Assembly (NCBI RefSeq): GCF_009914755.1
Contig: NC_060943.1
Length of the DNA: 64,000 nt
Strand: one strand, 5' to 3'
Origin: the human T2T-CHM13v2.0 reference genome, Homo sapiens
Shown: positions 1 to 19,949 of the stretch, in pieces
Position numbering within the stretch: position 1 is the first letter of the stretch
Layout of the letters: each line of letters starts with the position of its first letter
The notes under the pieces: model-generated
The model's input: only the letters and a program-made list of their open reading frames with translations
Database searches by the model: none
Told to the model about the DNA's origin: nothing
Program-made: the position numbers and the translations under genes

Positions 1-1146
<1,146 letters not shown>

Positions 1147-1293
1147 GAAATCCGGAACACGCACATGTGCACACACACACTGGAGCACTTGTGCAAGCAG
1201 TGGCTTAGAATGGGAGTCCCAATCAGGGCTCGGTCACGCATTTGCAGTCAACACACACCACACGACACAAATACGTATAAAAAAGGCTGACAT

Positions 1294-1299
1294 TTTATT
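1294..1299 (-). terminator. STX10: STX10 polyadenylation signal AATAAA
   Basis: tttatt on + strand, about 325 nt past the stop, followed on the minus strand by a U/GU-rich tract (about 1250-1284). Confidence 0.85.
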
Positions 1300-1623
1300 T
1301 CCAGGTTGGCACGTGTATAAGGCACAGGGGCAAATGGCTTTGGGGTCCTGGAACTGGAAATGGAGACAGGTGTGTCTCAGGTGTCCCTGCCTCCACCACC
1401 CCCTAAGTGCACTTGAGACAGGACCAGTGGTGGTGGTTCCAGCCCAGGGTCCTGAAGGGTCCCACTGGCTCTAGGGGAGAGCCATGGGGACAGCTCCCCA
1501 GGCGGGACCCTCTACTCTCCAGCTACCCAGGAGGGACCCTCTCCTCCTAGGGGGCGAGGCCAGCTCCAAAGTGCTTGGTGGCTCCCCAGGCTTAAGGGAC
1601 CAGCCTGCCAGGGAGGGCTGGGG

Positions 1624-7386
<5,763 letters not shown>

Positions 7387-7549
7387 GTCAGTCCCTTCCC
7401 CCCCAGGCCGAACCCCCCTCCCGGCCTGGGTTCGCGGGCTGGTTCCCTCCCAACCGAGGAGAACGCGCCGCCACCCCCGCCCCCGTCACGCCACCATCGA
7501 GAGCCGGACCGCCAGGGGAGAAAGAGAAGCCTCGGAGGCCCGACGTGCG

Positions 7550-7700
7550 GACACTTCCGCCCTCTCCTCAGCCATCTTGGTTGTGGGCAGAGGCAGCTTC
7601 CGGTGCACATGCCCCCGCCCCTTAGCCCTCTCGTGCCGCACCGTAGGGGGCGGTGTCGGAGTTCTGTCTGGGCCTATTCGGGTCCGAGTTCGGAATTTCG
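7550..7700. promoter_or_regulatory. Bidirectional TATA-less promoter (STX10 minus / IER2 upstream exon plus)
   Basis: YY1 motif GCCATCTT 7571-7578, ETS/GABP motifs (ACTTCCG ~7553, CTTCCGG ~7597), GC boxes (~7612, ~7646). This motif set is typical of bidirectional promoters. Confidence 0.7.
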
Positions 7701-7765
7701 GTTCAAGGCCCAGTTCCTCGGATTGTTCCTGCGCAACTTCAGTTTCCCTTCCAGGCACGGGCAAT
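7681..7765 (+). other. IER2: Probable non-coding upstream exon of a long IER2 isoform, spliced to the acceptor at 10157/10158
   Basis: Donor-like AAT|GTAAAT at 7766; good acceptor cattctgtctctttaAG at 10157. Consistent with my recollection of a two-exon IER2 transcript model; the 5' boundary is approximate. Confidence 0.55.
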
Positions 7766-9023
7766 GTAAATAATGATAGCCTCCCTCATCTCTGGCGGCT
7801 GGGTATTATGGCTGGGGAAGGGGCTCATTCGATTCGTTGAAGCTTTTCATGGACTCCCTGAGCTGGCACCTGGGAGATCGTCCCATCCCAGGGTCCCGAG
7901 TGTCAGGTTTGGCTAGGGTCTGGGGGAGAGGTGGTCCTCCCTTCTCCCTGCGGGGGCGCGGTGAGGAGCGGGCCTGCTCCTCCGGGGAGTTCTGCCGCAT
8001 TCTCCCAATCTCTTTCCTGAGAAGTGGCGGAGTTGGGGGCACTTCGAGGTCGCCTTGGGGCGAGGTGGTCGTGAGGGGGTCCCAGATATGCCAGCAGCGG
8101 GGGGAGGTCACCTTTGAGAAAGTGCGTGGAGGTGGGTTTCTTCAGAAGCGCGGAGTCTTTCTGGGTGCGAGCCTGGGGGTAGCGGGTGGTGGCTTTGAGG
8201 ATGGTCTCCAGGGGGGCCCTCTGTGTGTGGGGTCTCCGTCTGGGTAGGGGCCAGGAATATCAGCGGAGGGACTCAGGGTCGTCCCTATGTGTGACAGTGG
8301 CGCTGTGTGTTGGGGAGCTTCGGGAAAGCACTTTTTTTGAGTGATAGGGGGCCTGGTCTCCCCTGGAGGGTGGGCGGGTTATCTGAGGGAGTCCTCGGAG
8401 GGTCGCCCCCTTGCGCGTCAGAGTTGCTGCGTGGGGTCTCAGAGATAGCGCCTGGGCTGGGGAAATCATTGTGGGGTCTCCGTGGTAAGGTTAGCGGGGT
8501 GGGGACGGCCTGCGTCTTCGGCAGGTCGTCGCAGTCTGGCACCATCGTTGAATGGGGACGAGTTTGGGAAGGGTATTTTAGGGGGGAATAACTTTTGAGT
8601 TCCCAGCGTGCGGGGGAAGGGCGGGACGGGAGGGTGTCCCAAGGCCTGAGAAGATCAGTGTGGGGCAGGGGTCAGGAATAACCTGGGAGGGGGCCTTGTA
8701 TGGGGGAAATAATTGGGAAGGGGAGAGATGGGATGAAGGGGGCCTCAGCGGGTCGTCTCCTGTGTATGCAGGGTCGTTCTGCAGCGTCTCTGGGAGATGG
8801 CGTCCCTGGGAGCCCTCAGGTCGCCCCTACCCGCTGCGGGGTGCTTTCCTGGCGTCACGCCTTCCTGGCCCCTGGAGGGAAGGAAGTGAAACTCTCCTCT
8901 TCCCCCACCCGGCTGGAATGCGAGTCAGGAAGCCTGGGGCTCCAGCCTGCTCCGGCTGCCCGGGTCGGGGATGGGGAGGGGCGTGGCCGGAGCGCAAAGC
9001 CCCGCCCCTCCGCGCCCCCCCCC

Positions 9024-9130
9024 CCGGAAGCCCCGCCGCCGGCCGCTAAGGCGATCACGGGCCCTGTCCTAATATGGGCAACCGGAAGCGGCCCGCGCGA
9101 CTGCCCTACGTCACTCCGTCCAAATTTAGT
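9024..9130 (+). promoter_or_regulatory. Serum response element of IER2: CArG + ETS (TCF) + CRE-like
   Basis: Perfect CArG CCTAATATGG 9068-9077; adjacent ACCGGAAG 9081-9088; second CCGGAAG 9024-9030; TACGTCA 9107-9113; CArG-like CCAAATTTAG 9120-9129. About 1.2 kb upstream of the TATA box. Confidence 0.85.
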
Positions 9131-10186
9131 TGTGGAAGTCAGCGGGCGCTGGTGGCGGGAAGGCGCCGCGAGCCAGTGCGGGCGGAAAGGGGGCGGGGGG
9201 CGCACCACCCCTTAAAGGGCCCGCACCAGGAATGAATGGAGCCATTCGAACAATTCTGCATCCTATTTTTGGAGGAAGTGGAATTAGTATTTCTTGGAGA
9301 GACGGCGCGTAGCGGAGGGTAGGGCGGAGATTTTCTATCTGCTCTGTCTCTGCATTGCTGGGTTTCCAGCTCCCAACCTAACCCCGCCTCCCCGAACGCG
9401 GAGACGGAACTCGGCCCCCTTGTTTGGGGGGCGGCAGCCACGTGTTCACGGGGACTGTCGTGCGCGCCGGGTTCGCAGCCGTGCGAGCTCTGAACCCACC
9501 CGTGGAGCTCCTGTCGCGGGAAACTGCGGGGGAATGGCTTGGTACGAATCACGGGAACCCGTAGCCCGGGGCGGGTCACCGCCTACAAGCAAGGGCTGGC
9601 GTACGCTAGAGACCGAAGAGCTGGAGGCCCCAGTGGCCCCCTTTCACAGCAGTAGCAAATATTGTTTGTTTAGTAAATATTGGCCTAGTGACTCTGCCTT
9701 GGTTTCCCCACTTGAAGGAAGCAGATAGAACAGTATCTTCCGAGGAGTGGAGGCTGGGGATCGGTGAATTATTGATAAAAGGAGAGCTCTTAACCTAGCC
9801 TGGCACGTTGTAAGCGCTGTTAGCATGATTATTGGTGCAGAAAACACTCATTAGACACACCTGGTAAATGCTAAGAACAGTGGCCACAGGGGATGTTCAG
9901 GCTGGAACCCGGGTCTTCCCCTGTGTGAAGGGAAACTTGCTGCCCACGACCCACTGGGGCCTCCAGACGGGAGCATGTGGGTAGGCCGTGAGCTCCACCC
10001 CCGGCCCCCCTCCCTTGGGCCAAGGCGCTGATGCATCGGCGGGGCTCAGAGAAAGGAGCCCACCCAGAAAGCTCAGCGTGGAGTCGGGGGACGCTCCTCC
10101 TCGCCAGGGTTCCCGTCCCCTTTCCCTGCTGGGTAAATCGCATTCTGTCTCTTTAAGGAGTGTTTGGCCGCGACGAGTTGGAAAGC

Positions 10187-10244
10187 CCGGATGCGTCCTT
10201 CGGTTGGGCGGGGTGTCTCAGTGACGTCACTGGGGGTATAAAAG
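10187..10244 (+). promoter_or_regulatory. IER2 proximal promoter: ETS, GC box, full CRE, TATA box
   Basis: CCGGATG 10187-10193; GGGCGGGG 10206-10213; TGACGTCA 10222-10229 within the 14-bp palindrome CAGTGACGTCACTG; TATAAAAG 10237-10244; TSS expected near 10268. Confidence 0.9.
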
Positions 10245-10400
10245 GGCCTGGGTGGCGGGCGCCTGGGCAGAGCGTCCTAGCAGTGTCACTGCGTGGGTTG
10301 GTTTGTGTAGAGAGGCGTGAGCGAGCCCGTTGTCCGGAGTGCACCTGCTGCCTGTTCTGTCCCTCCCGGGAGCCCCCGCCGCTGTCGCCGTCGAGTCGCC

Positions 10401-11072
10401 ATGGAAGTGCAGAAAGAGGCACAGCGCATCATGACCCTGTCGGTGTGGAAGATGTATCACTCCCGCATGCAGCGCGGTGGCCTGCGGCTGCACCGGAGTC
10501 TGCAGCTGTCGCTGGTCATGCGCAGCGCCCGGGAGCTCTACCTCTCGGCCAAGGTGGAGGCCCTCGAGCCCGAGGTGTCGTTGCCGGCCGCCCTCCCCTC
10601 TGACCCTCGCCTGCACCCGCCCCGAGAAGCCGAGTCCACGGCCGAGACAGCGACCCCCGACGGTGAGCACCCGTTTCCGGAGCCAATGGACACGCAGGAG
10701 GCGCCGACAGCCGAGGAGACCTCCGCCTGCTGTGCCCCGCGCCCCGCCAAAGTCAGCCGCAAACGACGCAGCAGCAGCCTGAGCGACGGCGGGGACGCTG
10801 GACTGGTCCCGAGCAAGAAAGCCCGTCTGGAAGAAAAGGAAGAAGAGGAGGGAGCGTCATCCGAAGTCGCCGATCGCCTGCAGCCCCCTCCGGCGCAAGC
10901 GGAGGGCGCCTTTCCCAACCTGGCCCGCGTCCTGCAGAGGCGCTTCTCCGGCCTCCTGAACTGCAGCCCCGCGGCCCCTCCGACGGCGCCGCCCGCGTGC
11001 GAGGCAAAGCCCGCTTGCCGCCCGGCGGACAGCATGCTCAACGTGCTCGTGCGGGCCGTGGTGGCCTTCTGA
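10401..11072 (+). CDS. IER2: Immediate early response 2 (ETR101/pip92), 223 aa, uninterrupted CDS
   Basis: Kozak gccATGg; MEVQKEAQRIMTLSVWKMYHSRMQRGGLRLHRSLQLSLVMRSARELY (IER-family N-terminal domain), basic NLS-like RKRR...PSKKAR, conserved C-terminus ...VRAVVAF; TGA at 11070-11072. Confidence 0.98.
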   Translation: MEVQKEAQRIMTLSVWKMYHSRMQRGGLRLHRSLQLSLVMRSARELYLSAKVEALEPEVSLPAALPSDPRLHPPREAESTAETATPDGEHPFPEPMDTQEAPTAEETSACCAPRPAKVSRKRRSSSLSDGGDAGLVPSKKARLEEKEEEEGASSEVADRLQPPPAQAEGAFPNLARVLQRRFSGLLNCSPAAPPTAPPACEAKPACRPADSMLNVLVRAVVAF

Positions 11073-11399
11073 GGACCCCGAGCGGCGCTGCCGGAGCCCA
11101 GAGCGCGCGTCGAACCGTCGGCCCGAGGGCGCAGACCTGAGGCGAGGCCACCCCCCTCCATCCTGGGGGAAGCGCCCGCGAAAACCGTGGAGAGAAGCCG
11201 CCGCCCGGGCTGCTGAGAGGCCCGGAGAGGGACTCTGTCCCCGGGGAGCCATCGCCTTCAGTGTGCAGGGACGGCACCGAGGAGTCTGAGCCGGGGGCGC
11301 GGGCGCCTTCCGCAGAGACCTGCGCCCACAGGTGCTGTCTTAGTGGACTGGGACGTGAACCTTTCGCTCTCCTTCTGGACTGGGAGAAGGGAGGCTTGG

Positions 11400-11436
11400 G
11401 TGTTGTGTTTTTTGTTTTGTTTGTTTGTTTGTTTTT
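11400..11436 (+). promoter_or_regulatory. GU-rich element in the IER2 3' UTR
   Basis: tgttgtgttttttgttttgtttgtttgtttgttttt contains UGUUUGUUUGU (CELF1-type GRE consensus). Confidence 0.6.
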
Positions 11437-12098
11437 AAAGATCTCCTCAGGGTCGGACTTCATTTTGTACTGTGGGCTGTGCTGGCCCTTTCAAGGTTTT
11501 TCAAGAGTTGGTTTTGCGTTTCCAACCTCGGAGAATTCCAGGCACTCCCCTTCCCCCTCCGCTGACATACTTGTATAAGCGGTCATCGTTGCGTCATGGG
11601 GCAGGCGTGGGGAGCTTCCTGTCGCCTTGCGTGGGTGTGGGGCCTGGGAGGAGGTCCTGGGGCGTGCACCCGCCCTGGGCAGTGGGGAGGAGAGTGGCCT
11701 GAGTTACTTCACCCCCGCGTGCTGCTGGTTAATGTCCCGCGTCTCTGCACCTTCGGGTGGGAGCGGGGACTGATCTACTTTCACATTCTCAAGTTTTTCT
11801 CATCTGCATTAGAGGTGCCCAGTAGGTTCCCAGGTTCCAGCGTGCCCCTCCCTCAGACACACGGACACAATCAGCCGAGAAGTTCCTGGTCTGAATCACG
11901 AGAATGTGGAGGGGTGGGGGGTGTCAGTGGAAAGGCATAAGGCTGAGCTGAGACCAGTTGCTGGTGAAACTGGGCCAATCTGGGGAGGGGAACATCCTTG
12001 CCAGGGAGTTTCTGAGGGTCTGCTTTGTTTACCTTTCGTGCGGTGGATTCTTTTTAACTCCGTCTACCTGGCGTTTTGTTAGAAATGTCAGATAGGAA

Positions 12099-12104
12099 AA
12101 TAAA
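12099..12104 (+). terminator. IER2: IER2 polyadenylation signal AATAAA
   Basis: AATAAA about 1 kb after the stop, followed by a GU-rich downstream element (about 12127-12152). Confidence 0.88.
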
Positions 12105-12779
12105 AACCATTTGAGTAAAAAAGCCGGTGCTGTCTGGTTTTCTGCTGTGGTGGGGGAGGGGCGGGGTTAAAGCGTCAGGGGCTGGCAGCCGCTCGCTGGG
12201 GCCCCAAGAACCGGTCTGACCGGTTACCACGTGGGCGAGAGAGGGTTGGGCCCCCTTTTCCTTGCCCGGGCATTCCCTAACTGGTGGAGCCCCGCCTCCC
12301 CCAGATTTGGGGGTTCCCTTGAAATTGTCCTACAACTCCGGGACAGGGAGATCGGGGCTTTCTGAGTTGAGACAATAGTGCTAAACACACTGCCCCAAGC
12401 GGAGCTGGGGATCGATTGCACGCACTTTGAAGCCTTGAAAGGTGGTAGATCTCGCCCCCACCCCCTAGACCAAACTGAATCAGCTGTGGCCGGGGCCCTA
12501 CAGTATCAGGTGGAGCTGAGCGGGTGAGCTTTGAAGGGCTCTTTAGTCCCCAGTTCCCGTATCTTCCTCGAGGAATCGTTGTGTGTCTCAGGCAGGGACG
12601 TGCAGCCTCAGTTTCCTCATCTGTGAAATGGGCCTCTAAGCAGCTTCTCCACCCGGCATTAGGTTTTTAAAAATGCCCATTAGAGCCCTAGTTATTTTCT
12701 TGGGTCACTCCCCAGCTCTAGAATAACCACCCCTAAACGAGAAAGCCCTTTCAATATACCCCACGTAGGTTTAAGAGTG

Positions 12780-13440
12780 GGGTTGTGGGCGTTGCCCCAG
12801 GGCGAAGGGAGGGGGCCTGTCGGGAAGACAAAGGAGTCGCAGGTGCGGGGAGTGGTGGCGGCGGCAGGCGCCGGGAAAGCGCTCGCCCCGCCCCGCCGAC
12901 GGCTGGCTCTGCCGCCGCAGGCTTCCCATGACCCCAGGGGAACTGACCCCGTGGCCACAGGGTAGAAGGAGGGGCAAGCCGGCCTCAGAACGTCTGCTGG
13001 TGGAATCTGGGAGCTTTGGCTCCCCTCCCGCCCAACCCACACCCCCTTTCCTCTCCTGTGTGGATTGTGAAGGAGAGCTTCTCACCGTTCTCCAGCCAAG
13101 CTCGCCCCCACGGCTGCCTGATTCCTTCCTGGGAACACGTGGGGGGACTTTTAAAAGGCGCCACCTACTCCGAGTCCTGACCCACCCAACTCTCCCAGGG
13201 GACGTGGGGGCACTGGAGCCCCACACCGCAGGCGGTAGCTCAATGCACCCGCGTCGGAGTTCCTCCCCCGCGAGCGTGGCAAGGCTCAGGGAAGTCCCGG
13301 GCCCCTGGGGAGGGGGCCTTGCCGCGCATCCTGTCGCAGGAACCGCCGGGCCCTTCCTTCCGCGGGAAGCGGCTTGGCCGACCCCCGCCCCCGCCCGGGC
13401 CTCTTGGGGGTTTCCGGTGCCCGGCCACCGTGGGGCTGGG
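12780..13440. promoter_or_regulatory. CpG-rich island just 3' of IER2 (enhancer or eRNA promoter candidate)
   Basis: High CpG; kB-consensus GGGAAGTCCC 13289-13298 and GGGGGTTTCC 13406-13415; TTC-N4-GAA 13126-13135; CACGTG 13136-13141. Confidence 0.55.
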
Positions 13441-13594
13441 GACTGAAAGTGATGGGACTGAAGATGGGGCTGGAACAAACACACTACAGACACATCCCCT
13501 TAAGACACACCCATCCCCAAGACCCCACTGGACCCATCAGAAAAGGCAGCATTGAACCTTGTCACAGCAAATAACATTGGTGAGGCCTGGACTA

Positions 13595-14041
<447 letters not shown>

Positions 14042-14254
14042 CTAGGCAAGGTGGCAGGCGCCTGTAATCCCAGCTATCCGAAGGCTGAGGCAGGAGAATC
14101 ACTTGAACTCAGGAGGCAGAGGTTGCAGTGAGCCGAGATGGTGTCACTGCACTCCAGCCTGGGCTACAGAGGAAGACTCTGTCTCAAAAAAAGAAGAAGA
14201 AGAAGAAGAAGAAGAACATATTCTGGAGGGAGGGAAACAACCAGGTCTACTTTC

Positions 14255-14432
14255 GTTTTCTTGCTATGCATCCTTGAGTGAGTCACTTGACCTCTCTGGG
14301 CCTGTTTCCCCAACCGTATACTGGGGACAATAATAGTCCCTGCCTTTTAGGTTTGTTGTAAGGATTGAGATTACACATGTAATCCTTACAACAAACCTAG
14401 CAGAGTGCTGGCACGTAGAAAATGCTAAATGT
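14255..14432. mobile_element. MIR element containing a perfect inverted repeat
   Basis: MIR core-like gtcacttgacctctctgggcctgtttcccc...aataatagt...gttgtaaggatt...gtgctggcacgtag. Confidence 0.75.
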
Positions 14433-14544
14433 GCTGGGTGCCATGGTTCATGCCTGTAACCCCAAAAATTTAGGAGGCTGAGGTGGGAGGATCACTTGAG
14501 GCCAAGAGTTTTCAGTGCAATCATGGCTCAGTGTAGCCATGTAG

Positions 14545-16215
<1,671 letters not shown>

Positions 16216-16560
16216 TGAGTAGCTAGGATTACAGGCACCCGCCACCATGCCTGGCTAATTTTTGTATTTTTAGTAAAGACGAGGTTTCACCATGTTGGCC
16301 AGGCTAGTTTCAAACTCCTGACCTCAGGTGATCCACCCACCTCGGCCTCCCAAAGTGCTGGGATTACAGGAATGAGCCACCGCACCTGGCCGAAATTTTT
16401 TGTATTTTAGTAGAGACGGGGTTTTACCATGTTGGCCAAGATGGTCTCCATCTCGACCTCGTGATCCGCCCGCCTCAGCCTCCCAAAGTGTTGGGATTAT
16501 AGGCATGAGCCACCGCGCCTGGCTCTTTCTTTTCTAACAGGGTCTTGCTCTATTGCCTAG

Positions 16561-16831
<271 letters not shown>

Positions 16832-17564
16832 TAGGATTTGTGCCCTAACTCAGAAGTTAATTCTGTTAATTCTACCAATGTCCAGCCTGAGCCTGAATGA
16901 GTGAATGAGGTTGTTTTGGGTAAACAGGTGTTACATGCTTAATGTTTATCATCTCATTAAATCAGTGGCTTCTACATGACTCTTAGAATTTCTCAAACCT
17001 CAGATGGTTGAGGGGTCAGGATATTTGTGATATTTTCATAACTACTGTACTATTATTATTATCATTTATAGACAGGGTCTTGCTATGTTGCCCAGGCTGG
17101 AGAACAGCAGCGCCATCATAGCTCACTGCAGCCTCCACTGCCTAGGCTCAAGCAGTCCTCCCACCTCAGCCTCTGCAGGAGCTGGGACCGCAGGCCTGTG
17201 ACACCATGCCCAGCTAACTGTATTCATGTAATAGTTTTCTTTGCGTTAACCCACTTATTAATCACTCTCCCTATTTAGAAAGTAACAGTTTTTTAAAAGG
17301 TTACAATGAAAATAAAACAATGTCAAAAGATCCTGCTGAAACAGTAACAGGTTTAATAGTTTCAAAGAGAGATTAGCCAGCCTTAACGACACATTGTTTC
17401 CAAGGGAAGAAAACTATGCTTGGGCTGAGAAGGGGGATGCAAGTTGACAAGGGAGAAATTTGGAGAGATCCAGTCCACGTTATTTAAATAACATTGAATT
17501 GGGCTGGGCGAAGTGGCTCACGCCTGTAATCTCAGCACTTTGGGAGGCCGAGGTGGGCGGATCA

Positions 17565-17936
<372 letters not shown>

Positions 17937-18125
17937 TCACCCTCTGGCCACATGGACCTGCTTTTTGTTCCTCATACTTCCACAGCCTTCTCAGCCACAT
18001 GGCCTTTGGATATGCCGTGACCTCCTGAAGATCTTTCAGCTTCCTTGCTCACCTAGTGAAGCCAGCTCAGCTCAAGGGGCAAATCCTCAGGGAAGTGTTC
18101 CCTGTCTAACCCTCTTTTGGCCTAA

Positions 18126-18302
<177 letters not shown>

Positions 18303-19325
18303 TAGCTAATTTTTGTATTTTTAGTAGAAATGGGGTTTCACCATGTTGTCCAGGATGGTCTCGATCTCCTGATCCGCCCGCCTCAGCCTCCCAAAGTGCT
18401 GAGATTACAAGCATGAGCCACCGTACCTGGCCTATTTTATTTTATTTTAATTAATTAATCTATTTTTGAGACAGGGTCTTGCTTTGTCGCCCAGACTGGA
18501 GTGTAGTGGCATGATCCAAGGCTCACTGCAGCCTCAAAGTCTAGTGCTTAAGGGATCCTCCCATCTCAGCTTCCAGCATAGCTGAGACCCCAGGCACACA
18601 CCACGATGCCTGGCTAATTTTTTATTTTTTTTGTAGAGATGGAATTTCCATGTTGCCCAGGCTGGTGTTTTTTATTTATTTATTTAACCAGTCTCTGATG
18701 GGAGGCAAGACCCCTATATTTGACACTCGGATCAAGAGCTACTTTATTTAAAACATTTGGCCAGGCATGGTGGCTCACGCCTGTAATGCCAACACTTTGG
18801 GAGACCGAGGCAGGAGGATCACGAGGTCAGGAGTTCAAGACCAACTTGGCCAATAAGGTGAAACCCCATCTCTACTAAAAATACAAAAATTAGCCAGGCA
18901 TGGTAACACGCGCCTGTAGTCCCAGCTACTCCAGAGGCTGAGGCAGGAGAATCGCTGGAACCTTGGAGGAGAAGGTTTCAGTGAGCCGAGATGGCACCAC
19001 TGCACTCCAGCTGGGCGACAGAGTAAGACTCTGTCTCAAGAAAAATAAAGAGACCAGGCGCAGTGGCTCACACCTGTAATCCCAGCACTTTGGGAAGCCA
19101 AGGTGGGCGGATCACAAGTTCAGGAGCTCGAGACCAGCCTGGCCAATATGGTGAAACCTCATCTCTACTAAAAATACAAAAATTAGCCGGGCGTGGTGGC
19201 AGGAGCCTGTATCCCACCTCTTGGGAGGCTGAGGCAGGAGAATCGCTTGAACCCGGGAGGCGGAGGTTGCAGTGAGCCAAGGTCAAGCCACTTCACTTTA
19301 GCCTGGGCGACAGAGCAAGACTTCA

Positions 19326-19668
<343 letters not shown>

Positions 19669-19949
19669 TTAATACTTATCACAAGTGCAATTTTACCTTT
19701 GTAGAATTAAACCGTTGTTTCTGAGTTAGTTTCCTCTTGTAGCCTACTGCCTCCAAGTCTAGCAGATGGTTAAGCGGTTTTTGTGAATGAATGATGCCTT
19801 TGCAACCTTCGTTTGAGATCTGTCCTCTTAACGTCCACTGTGTATATATGAGGAAACAGGCCCACAGAGTTTCGCTCTGCAAGACAGCAAGTAAAGGACA
19901 GCTCTAGTCGGGTCCTCTATCCCGAAGCCTCCTCCCCACTCTGCCCTGC

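Noticed and set aside
10538-11161. 207-aa ORF antisense to IER2
   Set aside because: Mirror-frame artefact of a GC-rich CDS; no recognisable domain or independent promoter evidence.
14193-14216. (GAA)8 Alu tail reminiscent of the FXN repeat
   Set aside because: Short, intergenic and a common Alu-tail derivative.
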